DNA of 64,000 nt from an uncultured Alphaproteobacteria bacterium (GCA_963735465.1 CAVTLA010000002.1:426069-490068); one strand, 5' to 3'; shown: positions 47,140 through 58,087, counted from the stretch's first letter. Notes: generated by a model from the letters alone, not told the origin. Program-made: numbers and translations.

Positions 47140-49345
47140 AGGGCCGCGGCGGGCCGCCGCGGCGCAGGATCTCCAGCATCCGTTCATAGGCATCCTCGAG
47201 ATGCCGCCGGAAGCGGTCGGTATCGAAGAGCGGCGTCGTGGAGTTGACCTCGGCGAGCCGGCGCCGGAAGCCGGACAGCAGCTCCGGCGTCCGCGCCAGC
47301 CGCAGCGCCATCGCCTCGTATTCGGCGAAGCCCGCCACCGCCAACTCCGGCAATCCGACGGTATGGAGCAGGCTGCCGGCGACCCGCGTCGTGAAGCTCC
47401 TGCCGGTACAGGTCAGCAGCGGCACGCCGGCCCAGAGCGCGTCGCTCGCCGTCGTGTGGGCGGTATAGGGAAAGGCGTCCAGGAACAGATCCGCCAGGCG
47501 ATGTCGCGCCAGATGCTCGGCGAGCGGACGCGAGGGCGCGAAGACGATGCGGTCCCGCGCAACGCCACGCGCCGCGGCGGCGTTCCGCAGATTGGCGACG
47601 ACCGCTGGATGCTCCGCCAGCAGCCACAGCACGGAATCCGGCACCGCCGTCAGGAGCCGCATCCACAGGTCGAACACGGCGGGCGTGATCTTGTAGGTGT
47701 TGTTGAAGCAGGCGAACACGAAACCCCGCTCGGGGAGCCCGGCCTCGCTGCGCGATGCCGGCTGATCGGCGATCGCGCGCTGCCGGTCGTTGGGCTGATA
47801 GCAGTCGGGCAGATGCACCAGCTTCTCGGCGAAGAAGTCCTGCTGGTCGGCGGGCGCGACGAACCGATCCACCAGGAGGTAGTCGATGAAATCGGCGCCC
47901 ATGGTGGCGGGGTATCCGACAAAGCTCACCTGGATCGGCGCCGGCCGATACGCCATGATTTTCGGGCGCGAGCCCTGCATGAAGCCGTTGAGGTAGACCG
48001 CCACGTCGATCTCGAGATCGCGGATCCGCTGCGCCGCCTCCCGGTCGGAGATCCCGCCGATCTCGACGAAGCGATCGAAAGCGCGTTCCATCCGGCGCCG
48101 CATCGGCGTCCCGTCGTCGGGTCCCCAGGAGATCGCGGTTATCTCAAAGCGATTCCTGTCGTGCCGCTCCATCAGCTCGGCCATCAGGAATGATGTCGCG
48201 TGATGACGGAACTCGGAGGAGAGATAGGCGACGCGAATTTTCTCATGCTTGTAAGACGCGTCGCGCCACAGTTTCGGCAATCCTTCGCAACCGAGATCCC
48301 GCACATGGTTCCGCGCTGATTTCAGCTGGATCGCGGGATCGTCGACGCGCGTGACGAGCACGAAGGGTGAGATATCGCGCTCATCGGACTCGAGCGCCGC
48401 GACCAGACCCGCGACGTCCTCCGCCGCGGTCGTCCAATCGCAGATCCGCTGGCGCAGCATCACGTAGTTCGATCGGGCGATGCCGAGCCTGGGATCGAGC
48501 TCGTGGGCGCGGCGATAGGCCGCGATCGCCTCCTCGAAGCGCTCCAGCTTCTCCAGGGCCGTGCCGAGGCTGTTGCAGGCATCGGCGAGATCCGGCTTGA
48601 GCGCCATCGCCCGGCGATAGCTCTCGACCGCGGCCTCCTGCTTGCCGAGCTGCTGCAGCGCGCGTCCGAGATTGTCGTGCGCCTGGGCGTTCCGTGGATT
48701 GAGAGCCACCGCCCGCTGCAGATGGCCCACCGCTTCCTCGACGCGGTTGAGCGATCTCAGCACGACGCCCAGATTGTTCTGCGCCTCCGCATAGTCCGGG
48801 TTGAGAGCGAGCGCCTGGCGATAGCGCTCGACGGCCTCCGCCGGCCGATCGAGCGATTGCAGCGCGTTCGCGAGATTGTACGGGGTCGTCGCGTCCGCGG
48901 GATCGATCGCGATCGCCTGCTCGTAGTGCGCGACGGCTTCCTGGTGGCGACCGAGGCGCTCCAGCGCCGCGCCGAGATTGGCATGCGCCGCGGCGTAGCG
49001 CGGCCGGCGTGCGAGCGCCGCTTCGTATTGCGCGACGGCCTCTCCGGTCCGGCCCAGCTCCGCCAGCGCCACGCCGAGATCGTTGCGCGCCTCCGCCAGC
49101 CCGGGATTGCCGTCCACCGCCATCTGGATCAGCCGCACGGCCTCGCCAAGCTCGCCGCGCTGCGCGTGCAGCACACCCAAATGGTGCAAGGTATCGCCGT
49201 GCGCCGGATCCGCCTGCAGCGCCGCCCGGTAGAGCGTCTCCGCCTCGCGCAAGCGACCCTGCTGATGCAGCGCGAGGCCGGCGGCAAAGGCCCGCGCGGC
49301 GTCGCGGCGGCGCGCTGATCGGCCCGACGGGTCCTGCCCGGTCAA
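47114..49345 (-). CDS. TPR-repeat protein fused to SPINDLY/OGT-like glycosyltransferase (GT41) domain
   Basis: 743 aa. About 8 TPR units lie in the N-terminal half (..AEA.NNLG.AL..LGR..EA...Y..A..L.P..). The C-terminal half carries ..IRVAYLSSEFRHHATS..FACFNNTYKITP..DAFPYTAHTTASDALWAGVPLLT.., as in O-GlcNAc-transferase-like proteins. Confidence 0.85.
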   Translation of the reverse strand: MTGQDPSGRSARRRDAARAFAAGLALHQQGRLREAETLYRAALQADPAHGDTLHHLGVLHAQRGELGEAVRLIQMAVDGNPGLAEARNDLGVALAELGRTGEAVAQYEAALARRPRYAAAHANLGAALERLGRHQEAVAHYEQAIAIDPADATTPYNLANALQSLDRPAEAVERYRQALALNPDYAEAQNNLGVVLRSLNRVEEAVGHLQRAVALNPRNAQAHDNLGRALQQLGKQEAAVESYRRAMALKPDLADACNSLGTALEKLERFEEAIAAYRRAHELDPRLGIARSNYVMLRQRICDWTTAAEDVAGLVAALESDERDISPFVLVTRVDDPAIQLKSARNHVRDLGCEGLPKLWRDASYKHEKIRVAYLSSEFRHHATSFLMAELMERHDRNRFEITAISWGPDDGTPMRRRMERAFDRFVEIGGISDREAAQRIRDLEIDVAVYLNGFMQGSRPKIMAYRPAPIQVSFVGYPATMGADFIDYLLVDRFVAPADQQDFFAEKLVHLPDCYQPNDRQRAIADQPASRSEAGLPERGFVFACFNNTYKITPAVFDLWMRLLTAVPDSVLWLLAEHPAVVANLRNAAAARGVARDRIVFAPSRPLAEHLARHRLADLFLDAFPYTAHTTASDALWAGVPLLTCTGRSFTTRVAGSLLHTVGLPELAVAGFAEYEAMALRLARTPELLSGFRRRLAEVNSTTPLFDTDRFRRHLEDAYERMLEILRRGGPPRPFMVPAMSR

Positions 49346-49520
49346 AGTCGTCTCCCCGCCCTCTGTCTCGCGCCGGAGGTGATCGCGCTGAAGGGTTCAT
49401 CATCCCTCCCCGCGTGCAGAGGCGTCAACGCGGAGGAGTCGGTCGACTCCGTGCGGCTCCACCTCTTACGACTCGCCCTCGATCACGCTCTCCGAAGCCT
49501 CCGGCATAAAGCTCATCCCC

Positions 49521-51611
49521 GTGACACCTGAACAGTCCCATGCCCGCCTCGGCGTCGACATCGGCGGCACCTTCACCGACGTCGCCCTCGAAGTCGGCGA
49601 TCGCCGATTCACCGCGAAGATCCTGACCACGCCGCGCGCCCCCGAAGAGGGTGTGCTGACGGCGGTCCGCACCGTCATCGCCGAAGCCGGGATCGACCCG
49701 GCCCAGGTGAGCCTGGTGATCCACGGCACGACGCTCGCCACCAATGCGCTGATCGAGCGGAAGGGCGCCCGGACCGCGCTCCTCACCACCGAGGGCTTCC
49801 GCGACGTCATCGAGATCCGTCACGAGAACCGCTTCGAGCAGTACGACGTCAACATCGACCTGCCGCCGCCCCTGGTGCCGCGGCGCCTGCGCCTGCCGAT
49901 CCGCGAGCGCACCGATGCCGCCGGCCGCGTGCTGGTGCCCCTCGACGACGCCAGCGTCCAGCGCGCCATCGACACCCTGGAGGCACAAGAGGTGGAGGCG
50001 GTCGCGGTGGGCTTCCTGCACAGCTTCACCAACGGCGATCACGAGAAGCGGGTCGGCGATGCCGTCGCCAAGCGGCTGCCGAAGATGATGGTGACGCTCT
50101 CCTCGGAAGTGTCGCCGGAGATGCGGGAATACGAGCGCTTCTCCACCGCCTGCGCCAACGCCTATGTGCAGCCGCTGATGGGGCACTATCTCACCAAGCT
50201 CGACAACGAGCTGAAGCGCGCGGGCTTCCGCTGCCCGCTTTTCCTGATGACCTCGGGCGGCGGCGTCACCACGGTGGAGACCGCGATCCGCTTCCCCGTG
50301 CGTCTGGTGGAATCCGGCCCCGCCGGCGGCGCCATCTTCGCCAGCCGCATCGCCAAGCAGGGCGGTCTCGATCAGGTGATCTCCTTCGACATGGGCGGCA
50401 CCACCGCGAAGATCTGCCTCATCGATCACGCGCAGCCGCAGACCAGCCGCTTCTTCGAGGTCGCGCGCATCTATCGCTTCCTGCGCGGCAGCGGATTGCC
50501 GCTGCGCATTCCCGTGATCGAGATGGTGGAGATCGGCGCCGGCGGCGGCTCGATCGCGCGCCTCGACGCGCTCGGCCGCATCGCGGTGGGCCCGGACAGC
50601 GCCGGCTCCGAGCCCGGCCCGGTCTGCTACGGCCGCGGCGGCACCGAGCCGACGGTGACCGATGCCGACGTGGTGCTGGGCCGCATCGATCCCGGCACCT
50701 TCTCCGGCGGCGACATGAGCCTCGACGTCGAGGGCTCCCGGCGCGCCGTCGGCGAGCGGATCGGCAAGCGCCTCGATCTCGCCGCCGAGCTCGCCGCTCT
50801 CGGCATCAGCGAGATGGTGGACGAGAACATGGCAAACGCAGCCCGCGTGCACGCGATCGAGAGCGGCAAGGACGTGCGCGGGCGCACCCTCATCGCCTTC
50901 GGCGGCGCGGCGCCGCTGCACGCGGCGCGGGTCGCGGAGAAGCTCGGCATGGCACGGGTCCTGATCCCCGCCAACGCCGGCGTCGGCTCCGCGGTGGGTT
51001 TCCTCCGGGCGCCCGTCGCCTACGAGATCGTGCGCAGCCACGTGGAGCGCATCGGCAGCCTCGATGCGCCAGGCGTCAACCGGCTGCTGGCGGAGATGCG
51101 CGGCGAGGCGGAGGCGATCGTGCGCCGGGGCGCGCCCGACGCACCGCTCACGGAGGCGCGTACCGCCTTCATGCGCTATCGCGGCCAGGGCCACGAGATC
51201 GCGGTGAACCTGCCGGTGCGGGACTTCACCGCCGGCGATCGCGCGGCGCTCACCGAGCTTTTCGAGACCGCCTATCGCCGCCTCTACGGCCGCTCCATCC
51301 CCGGCGTCGACATCGAGATCCTGAGCTGGGTGGTGGCGGTGAGCGCCCCCGCCGAGGGCAGCCTCGCCACGCCGAGCAAGGTCACGCCCTACGAGCCCAA
51401 GCCTGGGGCGTACCGGAAGGTCTTCGATCCCAACCGCGGCGAGTTCCTGGAAGTGCCGATCTACTGGCGCCCGGATTTGAAGCCCGGCGCGCGATTCAAA
51501 GGCCCGGCCGTCATCGCCGAGGACGAGACCTCTACCGTCGTGAGCCCGATCTTCGACGCCGGGATCGACGGCTTCGGCTATATTGAGCTCACTCGTAATC
51601 GGGAGCGCTGA
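49521..51611 (+). CDS. hyuA: hydantoinase/oxoprolinase family protein, A subunit
   Basis: 696 aa from GTG 49521. Blocks: LGVDIGGTFTDV, HGTTLATNALIERKG, FDMGGTTAK. Confidence 0.9.
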   Translation: MTPEQSHARLGVDIGGTFTDVALEVGDRRFTAKILTTPRAPEEGVLTAVRTVIAEAGIDPAQVSLVIHGTTLATNALIERKGARTALLTTEGFRDVIEIRHENRFEQYDVNIDLPPPLVPRRLRLPIRERTDAAGRVLVPLDDASVQRAIDTLEAQEVEAVAVGFLHSFTNGDHEKRVGDAVAKRLPKMMVTLSSEVSPEMREYERFSTACANAYVQPLMGHYLTKLDNELKRAGFRCPLFLMTSGGGVTTVETAIRFPVRLVESGPAGGAIFASRIAKQGGLDQVISFDMGGTTAKICLIDHAQPQTSRFFEVARIYRFLRGSGLPLRIPVIEMVEIGAGGGSIARLDALGRIAVGPDSAGSEPGPVCYGRGGTEPTVTDADVVLGRIDPGTFSGGDMSLDVEGSRRAVGERIGKRLDLAAELAALGISEMVDENMANAARVHAIESGKDVRGRTLIAFGGAAPLHAARVAEKLGMARVLIPANAGVGSAVGFLRAPVAYEIVRSHVERIGSLDAPGVNRLLAEMRGEAEAIVRRGAPDAPLTEARTAFMRYRGQGHEIAVNLPVRDFTAGDRAALTELFETAYRRLYGRSIPGVDIEILSWVVAVSAPAEGSLATPSKVTPYEPKPGAYRKVFDPNRGEFLEVPIYWRPDLKPGARFKGPAVIAEDETSTVVSPIFDAGIDGFGYIELTRNRER

Positions 51612-51612
51612 C

Positions 51613-53352
51613 ATGGTCGCCCGTCCCAACGCCGCCCTCGCCCAGATCCATACGCAGATCATGTGGAGCCGCCTCATCGCCGTGGTGGAGGAGCAGGCGC
51701 AGACCATGATCCGCACGGCTTTCTCGACCTCGGTGCGCGAGGCCGGCGATCTCTCCGCCGGCGTCTTCGACCGCGAGGGCCGCATGCTGGCGCAGGCGGT
51801 GACGGGCACGCCCGGCCACGTGAACTCGATGGCGAACGCGGTCATCCACTTCCTCAAGGTCTATCCGCTGGAGACCATGAAGGACGGCGATCACTACATC
51901 ACCAACGACCCCTGGCTCACCTCGGGCCACCTCCACGACATCACCGTGGTGACCCCGAGCTTCTACCAGGGGAAGCCGGTGGGCCTCTTCGCCTGCACCG
52001 TCCATGTCGTCGACATCGGCGGGCTCGGCATGGGACCGGACGGGCGGCAGGTGTTCGAGGAAGGCCTCGCGATCCCGATCATGCCGCTGGCCCGCGAGGG
52101 CAAGATGAACGAGGACCTGCTGGGCATGGTGCGCGCCAATGTGCGCGAGCCGCTGCAGGTGGAAGGCGACATCTACGCGCTCTGCGCCTGCAACGAGGAA
52201 GGATCGAAGCGCCTCGTCGAGATGATGGACGAGTTCGAGATCGCCAATCTCGACCGCCTCGGCGCCACCATCATGGAAGCGTCGCGCGAGGCGACGCTGG
52301 CCAAGATCCGCGCGCTCCCCAAGGGCACCTATCGCAACAGCGTCACCATGGACGGCTACGACAAGCCGCTGCTGCTGAACGCCGCCCTCACCATCTCCGA
52401 CGACGGCATCAACGTGGATTTCGACGGCACCTCGCCGGCCTCGAGCTACGGCATCAACGTCGTCTACAATTACTGCCTCGCCTACACCGCCTTCGGCGTC
52501 AAATGCCTGGTGGCGCCGGAAGTGCCGAACAATGCCGGCTCGCTGGCACCGCTCACGATCACCGCGCCGGAAGGCTGCGTCCTCAATGTGAAGCGGCCCT
52601 GGGCGGTGGCGGCGCGCCACACGGTCGGCCACATGCTGCCGGACCTGGTCTTCGGCTGCCTGCATCAGGTGATGCCCGGCGGCGTTCCCGCCGAGGGCGC
52701 CTCCTCGCTCTGGAATCCCCAGGTGTTCGGCGGCGGCTCGCTCGTGGACGAGGTGGCGGAGGGCAGCGACGCGGGCAGCCTCCCCGAATTCAGCACCGTG
52801 ATCTTCCACTGTGGCGGCGCCGGCGCGCGGCCGACCAAGGACGGCCTCAGCGTCACCGCGTTCCCGAGCGGCGTCCGCACCATCCCCGTGGAGGCGACCG
52901 AGAGCATCGCGCCCGTGGTGTTCAAGCGCCGGGAGTTCCGCGAAAGCTCCGGCGGCGCCGGCAAGTTCCGCGGCGGCCTCGGCCAGGTGATCGAACTGAC
53001 AGGCGCCGACAACGCGCCGGTGGCACTCCTCTGCAACTTCGAGCGGGTGAACAACCCCGCCCGCGGCCGCGACGGCGGCGGCAAGGGCGCGCCGGGCGGC
53101 GTGAGCCTGCTCTCCGGTCGCGCGATCCGTCCCAAGGGCCGGCAGACCGTGCCGCCCAAGGACACGATCCGCCTGGAACTCCCCGGCGGCGGCGGCTTCG
53201 GCGATCCCCGCGCCCGCGATGCGGAGCAGGTGCGCGCCGACGTCCTCGACGGCCTGATCACGCGGGAGGAGGCGGCACGGGACTATGGCGTCAAGCTGAC
53301 CGCGGACGGCCATCTCGACGCGGCCGCGACGGCAAAGCTGCGGGCAACCTGA
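51613..53352 (+). CDS. hyuB: hydantoinase B/oxoprolinase family protein
   Basis: 579 aa from ATG 51613. Blocks: IMWSRLIAVVEEQAQTMIRTAFSTSVREAGDLSAGVFD, NDPWLTSGHLHDITVVTP, GGGGFGDP. Confidence 0.9.
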   Translation: MVARPNAALAQIHTQIMWSRLIAVVEEQAQTMIRTAFSTSVREAGDLSAGVFDREGRMLAQAVTGTPGHVNSMANAVIHFLKVYPLETMKDGDHYITNDPWLTSGHLHDITVVTPSFYQGKPVGLFACTVHVVDIGGLGMGPDGRQVFEEGLAIPIMPLAREGKMNEDLLGMVRANVREPLQVEGDIYALCACNEEGSKRLVEMMDEFEIANLDRLGATIMEASREATLAKIRALPKGTYRNSVTMDGYDKPLLLNAALTISDDGINVDFDGTSPASSYGINVVYNYCLAYTAFGVKCLVAPEVPNNAGSLAPLTITAPEGCVLNVKRPWAVAARHTVGHMLPDLVFGCLHQVMPGGVPAEGASSLWNPQVFGGGSLVDEVAEGSDAGSLPEFSTVIFHCGGAGARPTKDGLSVTAFPSGVRTIPVEATESIAPVVFKRREFRESSGGAGKFRGGLGQVIELTGADNAPVALLCNFERVNNPARGRDGGGKGAPGGVSLLSGRAIRPKGRQTVPPKDTIRLELPGGGGFGDPRARDAEQVRADVLDGLITREEAARDYGVKLTADGHLDAAATAKLRAT

Positions 53353-53474
53353 GCCGACCTCCTGCCGTTTTTTTGCGCGCGACGGGTCGGCGCGAGCCGG
53401 GCTAGACTTCGCCGCAACTTACGGGACCGCAGCGCACAATGCGGACCGCACGACACCAGGCAGGGAGGCCAAAA

Positions 53475-54722
53475 ATGCGGAAGTACTACGCCTATATTTG
53501 CGCGACGGCCGTTGTCGCGATGCTCTCGGCAAGCCCGGCGCTCGCCGCCGATCCCGTCAAGATCGGCGTGCTGCAGCCGCTTTCCGGCAATTCCGCCAAC
53601 GCCGGCAAGTCGGCCCTCGACGCCATCAGCCTCGCGGCGGAGCTGGTCAATACCGTGCATCCGGAATTCGCGGCGCTCCCCTCCGTCGGCAAGGGCGGCC
53701 TCAGCAACCTCGGCGGCGCCAAGATCGAGATCGTCAGCGCCGACCACCAGGGCAATCCCGCGGAAGGCCAGGCGCAGACGCTCCGCCTCATCACCCAGGA
53801 GCATGTGGCGGCGCTGCTGGGCTCCTACCACTCGAACGTGACCTTCACCGCGAGCGCGGTCGCCGAGCGTCAGGGCGTGCCGTTCGTGGTCGGCGATTCC
53901 GTCGCCGCCAACATCACCAGCCGCGGCTACAAGTGGCTCTTTCGCGTCACGCCGATCGCCTCGGACTTCGCCGCCAACTACATGGAATTCCTCTCCGACA
54001 TGAAGAAGGCCGGCCACAAGGTCGACAGCATCGCGGTCATCAACGAGAACACCGACTACGGCACCTCCGTCGGCGGCACCGTCGTCGAGCAGGCGAAGAA
54101 GCACGGCTTCACCGTGGCGGCGCAGATCCCCTACAACGCCAATTCCGCCGACGTCTCGGCGCAGGTGCTGCAGCTCAAGGAGAAGCAGCCGGATTGCGTG
54201 ATCTTCGTCTCCTATACCGCCGACGCGATCCTCTACATGAAGACGATGAAGAACCTCGACTACCTGCCACCGATGATCATCGGCGACGACGCCGGCTTCG
54301 CCGATCCCTCGTTCATCCCCGCGGTGGGCGACGTCGCGCAGGGCGTGATGAACCGCAGCTCCTGGGATGTGGGCAAGCCCGGCAGCGTCACGGCCAAGAT
54401 CAACGACCTCTTCAAGGCCAAGACCGGCCACGAGATGGACGACACCTCCGCCCGCGACATGCAGGCGATGTTCGTCCTGGCGGATGCCATCAACCGTGCG
54501 GGCTCCACCGATCCCGCGAAGATCCAGAAGGCCCTCGTCGAGACCGACCTCAAGCCCAGCCAGCTGATGATGGGATACAAAGGCGTCAAGTTCGACGCGA
54601 CCGGGCAGAACGTGCTGGCGGCCACGTATCTGATCCAGCTCAAGGGCAAGGACTACGTCTCGGTCTGGCCCGACAAGTCCGCCACCGCGCCCGTGGTGTG
54701 GCCGATGAAGGGCTGGAAATAG
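53475..54722 (+). CDS. ABC transporter substrate-binding protein (LIV type)
   Basis: 415 aa from ATG 53475, after GGGAGG. It has a signal peptide (..VVAMLSASPALAADP), then VKIGVLQPLSGNSA. Confidence 0.88.
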   Translation: MRKYYAYICATAVVAMLSASPALAADPVKIGVLQPLSGNSANAGKSALDAISLAAELVNTVHPEFAALPSVGKGGLSNLGGAKIEIVSADHQGNPAEGQAQTLRLITQEHVAALLGSYHSNVTFTASAVAERQGVPFVVGDSVAANITSRGYKWLFRVTPIASDFAANYMEFLSDMKKAGHKVDSIAVINENTDYGTSVGGTVVEQAKKHGFTVAAQIPYNANSADVSAQVLQLKEKQPDCVIFVSYTADAILYMKTMKNLDYLPPMIIGDDAGFADPSFIPAVGDVAQGVMNRSSWDVGKPGSVTAKINDLFKAKTGHEMDDTSARDMQAMFVLADAINRAGSTDPAKIQKALVETDLKPSQLMMGYKGVKFDATGQNVLAATYLIQLKGKDYVSVWPDKSATAPVVWPMKGWK

Positions 54723-54740
54723 CCGGACGTCGCCGGCGCG

Positions 54741-55598
54741 ATGATCCTGCTGCAAGTCGTCGTGGGCGGCCTCCTTCTGGGGGCCGTCTACGCGCTGTTC
54801 TCGTCGGGCCTCACCCTCATCTGGGGGATGATGAACTTCATCAACTTCGCCCACGGCGAGTTCGTGATGCTCGGCATGTACGTGGCCTTCGTGGTGGCGA
54901 CGGGATTGCACGGCGGTCCCGCGGTGTTCGCGCCGGTCGCCGCGGTGGTTTTGTTCCTCCTAGGTGTCTTCGTCTACGGCGCCCTCATCAAGCATGTGAC
55001 ACGCGGCCCCATGCTGGCGCAGATCCTCTCCACCTTCGGGCTCGCGCTGCTGCTGCGCTATAGCGCGTTCTTCATCTTCAAGTCGGATTTCCGCACGCTG
55101 CCGGAAAGCGCGCTCTCGGGCTCCATCAACCTCGGCGGCATCTTCATCGGCAGGGCGCAGCTCGTGGCCGGCGTCGTCGCCGCCATCCTCACCCTCGGCA
55201 TGCACGTGCTGCTGACGCGCACTTCCCTCGGCAGCCGCCTGCTCGCTGTCGCCGAGGACCGCAACGCCGCCATGCTGATGGGAATCCGCCCCGACCGAAT
55301 GCAAGCGCTGGCCTGGGGCCTCTCGGCGGCGAGCGCGGGCATCGCCGGGGCGCTGATGGCGGTGGCCTATCCCTTCTCGCCCTCGGTCGGCGAGACCTTC
55401 GCCCTCACCGCCTTCGTCGTGGTGTCGCTCGGCGGCTTCGGCAGCGTGCCCGGCGCGATGATCGCCGGCGTCATCATCGGCCTCGTCGACCAGCTTTCGG
55501 GCTTCTACGTCGGGCCGATCTACAAGGACGTGGTGGTCTACGGCCTCTTCGTCGCGATTCTCTGGGTGCGCCCCCAGGGACTCCTTGGTCGGCTCTAG
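54741..55598 (+). CDS. livH: branched-chain amino acid ABC transporter permease (LivH-type)
   Basis: 285 aa, polytopic. Blocks: INFAHGEF, and the C-terminal RPQGLLGR. Confidence 0.9.
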   Translation: MILLQVVVGGLLLGAVYALFSSGLTLIWGMMNFINFAHGEFVMLGMYVAFVVATGLHGGPAVFAPVAAVVLFLLGVFVYGALIKHVTRGPMLAQILSTFGLALLLRYSAFFIFKSDFRTLPESALSGSINLGGIFIGRAQLVAGVVAAILTLGMHVLLTRTSLGSRLLAVAEDRNAAMLMGIRPDRMQALAWGLSAASAGIAGALMAVAYPFSPSVGETFALTAFVVVSLGGFGSVPGAMIAGVIIGLVDQLSGFYVGPIYKDVVVYGLFVAILWVRPQGLLGRL

Positions 55599-55612
55599 GG
55601 CGAGGGCGCGCG

Positions 55613-56617
55613 ATGCGGAAATGGCGGGGACCGATCGCACTCTGGGCGGCGCTGCTGCTCTATCCCCTCGTGGTCTCCGGCAGCAACAGCGGCGCCTTCC
55701 TGCAGGATGTGGGTGCGACGCTGGTGCTGGCGGCGATCGGCGCCTCGGCGTGGAACATCGTCGGCGGCTACGCCGGCCAGGTCTCGGTGGGCCATGCGAT
55801 CTTCTTCGGCGCCGGCGCCTATATGCCGCTGCTGCTCTACAATCTCTGGGGCGTGCCGCCGCTCCTGGGCGTGCCGCTCGGCGTGGCGGTAGCGGTGCTG
55901 ATCGCGCTCGGCATCGGTTTCCCGACCTTCCGGCTGCAAGGCCACTACTTCAGCATGGCGACCATCGCGGTGGCCGAGCTCATCCGCCTGGTGGTGGGCA
56001 ACACGGAGATACTGGGCGCCGCCATCGGACTCCAGGGGCCGGCGAGCCCGCGCGGCTGGTACGATCTGATCTTTCGCAGCTCGGTGCCCTACTACTACAT
56101 CTTCCTTGCCGTGCTCGCCGTCGTGCTCTACGTCACCTGGGCGATGGAGCGCAGCCGCTTCGGCTATTACCTGCGCGCGATCCGCTCCGGCGAGCGCGCG
56201 GCACGCAGCCTCGGTGTCCCCGTGCGGCGGATGAAGCTGATGGCGCTGATGCTGAGCGCGGGTTTCACCGCGATCGCGGGCTCGCTCTACGCGTTCAAGG
56301 TCGGCTACATCAGTCCCGAGAGCGGGCTCGGCATACTGGTCTCGGTGCAGCTCATCATCACCGCGGCGCTCGGCGGCGCCGGCACGCTCTACGGCCCCGT
56401 CATCGGCGCCATCATCCTGATCCCGCTCCAGAGCGCCACCAACACCTGGTTCGGCGGCGGCGGCAGCGGCCTCACCTACATCATCTACGGCGGCATCATC
56501 GTGCTGCTGGCGCGCTTCGAGCCCGGCGGATTGATCGAGCTCTGGCATCGCCTCATGGCGCCGGCGCTGGCGCGCCTCACCCAGCGCAATCCCGGGAGGC
56601 GGCCCCGTGCTGCTTGA
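55613..56617 (+). CDS. livM: branched-chain amino acid ABC transporter permease (LivM-type)
   Basis: 334 aa. Block: NIVGGYAGQVSVGHAIFFGAGAY. Confidence 0.9.
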   Translation: MRKWRGPIALWAALLLYPLVVSGSNSGAFLQDVGATLVLAAIGASAWNIVGGYAGQVSVGHAIFFGAGAYMPLLLYNLWGVPPLLGVPLGVAVAVLIALGIGFPTFRLQGHYFSMATIAVAELIRLVVGNTEILGAAIGLQGPASPRGWYDLIFRSSVPYYYIFLAVLAVVLYVTWAMERSRFGYYLRAIRSGERAARSLGVPVRRMKLMALMLSAGFTAIAGSLYAFKVGYISPESGLGILVSVQLIITAALGGAGTLYGPVIGAIILIPLQSATNTWFGGGGSGLTYIIYGGIIVLLARFEPGGLIELWHRLMAPALARLTQRNPGRRPRAA

Positions 56618-57341
56618 GGCCCAGGACGTCTCCCGCGCCTTCGGCGGCTTCCTCGCTCTCTCCGGTGCCAGCCTCGCGGTGGCACCCGGCGAGATCGTGG
56701 GATTGATCGGCCCCAACGGCGCCGGCAAGTCCACCTTCTTCAACTGCGTCGCCGGCGACCTCGTGCCCACCGGCGGCCGCATCCTCTTCGACGGCGCCGA
56801 TCTCACCAGCGCGTCCGCCGAGGCGCATGCCCAGGCCGGCATCGGGCGCACCTTCCAGGTGCCCGCCACCTTCGAGGACATGACGATCCTGGAGAACGTC
56901 ATGGTGGGCGCCTTCCTGCGCCACCCCCACGCCCGCGACGCGCGCGCGAAGTCGATCGAGGTGCTGCGTCTCACCGGTCTCGAGGCCCAGGCGGAGCAGC
57001 GCGCGCGCAGTCTCGGCACGCCCGGTCGCAAGCGCCTGGAGATCGCCCGCGTGCTGGCGACCGAGCCGAAGCTGCTGCTTCTCGACGAGGCCCTCGCCGG
57101 CCTCACCCCCGGCGAAGTGCAGCGTGCGATCGAGTTGGTGCGGCGCATCCACGCAACGGGCATCACCATCGTCATCGTCGAGCACATCATGGAGGTGATC
57201 CTGACGCTCGCCCAGCGCGTGCTGGTGTTCAACCAAGGCCGCACCATCGCCCAGGGCAAGCCCGCCGACGTCGTCAACGACCCCGTGGTGATCGAGGCCT
57301 ATCTCGGCCGCCAGCACCGCCGGCGGCGCGCGCGAGGCTGA
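56607..57341 (+). CDS. livG: ABC transporter ATP-binding protein (LivG-type)
   Basis: 244 aa. Blocks: GPNGAGKST, LLLDEALAGL. Confidence 0.9.
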   Translation: MLLEAQDVSRAFGGFLALSGASLAVAPGEIVGLIGPNGAGKSTFFNCVAGDLVPTGGRILFDGADLTSASAEAHAQAGIGRTFQVPATFEDMTILENVMVGAFLRHPHARDARAKSIEVLRLTGLEAQAEQRARSLGTPGRKRLEIARVLATEPKLLLLDEALAGLTPGEVQRAIELVRRIHATGITIVIVEHIMEVILTLAQRVLVFNQGRTIAQGKPADVVNDPVVIEAYLGRQHRRRRARG

Positions 57342-57346
57342 GAACG

Positions 57347-58087
57347 ATGACAGGCGCCCCCATCCTCAACGTCGAGCATCTCGAGGTTCGTTACGGCGAT
57401 CTCGTCGGCGTTGCGGACGTATCGCTTGACGTCGCCGAGGGCGGCATCGTGGCGCTGCTGGGATCGAACGGCGCCGGAAAGACCACCACGCTCAACGCGA
57501 TCGCCGGGCTGGTGCCGGCGAGCGGCGGCGCGATCCACTGGCGCGGCGAGGCGATCACCAATCTGCCGGCCTATGCCATCGTGCCGAAGGGGCTGGCGCT
57601 CTCGCCGGAAGGCTGGCGGCTCTTCGTCAGCCAGACCGTCGAGCAGAACCTGCATCTGGGCGCCACCGCGCTCGGCGACAAGAAGCGCCTGGGCGCGCTG
57701 CTGGAGCGCGTCTTCGCGGTCTTCCCGCGCCTCGCGGAGCGCCGGCGCCAGCGCGCGGGAACCCTCTCCGGCGGCGAGCGCCAGATGCTGGCGGTGGGGC
57801 GCGCCCTCATGAGCGAGCCCAAACTCCTGATGCTGGACGAGCCCAGCCTCGGCCTCGCTCCCGCGGTCGTGGAGCAGCTCTACGACAGTCTGGAGCGCCT
57901 GCATCAGGACGGGCTCACCCTGCTGCTGGCGGAGCAGTCGGTGCCGCTGGCGCTCGAGATCGCGGACTACGCCTATGTGCTGCAGACCGGCCGCACCGTG
58001 CTCGACGGTCCCGCCGAAAAATTGGAGACCGATCCGCAGGTGCAGCGGATCTATCTCGGCCTCGCCGAGGCGACGACCGGACAATGA
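57347..58087 (+). CDS. livF: ABC transporter ATP-binding protein (LivF-type)
   Basis: 246 aa. Blocks: GSNGAGKTT, LSGGERQMLAVGRAL, LMLDEPSLGLAP. Confidence 0.9.
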   Translation: MTGAPILNVEHLEVRYGDLVGVADVSLDVAEGGIVALLGSNGAGKTTTLNAIAGLVPASGGAIHWRGEAITNLPAYAIVPKGLALSPEGWRLFVSQTVEQNLHLGATALGDKKRLGALLERVFAVFPRLAERRRQRAGTLSGGERQMLAVGRALMSEPKLLMLDEPSLGLAPAVVEQLYDSLERLHQDGLTLLLAEQSVPLALEIADYAYVLQTGRTVLDGPAEKLETDPQVQRIYLGLAEATTGQ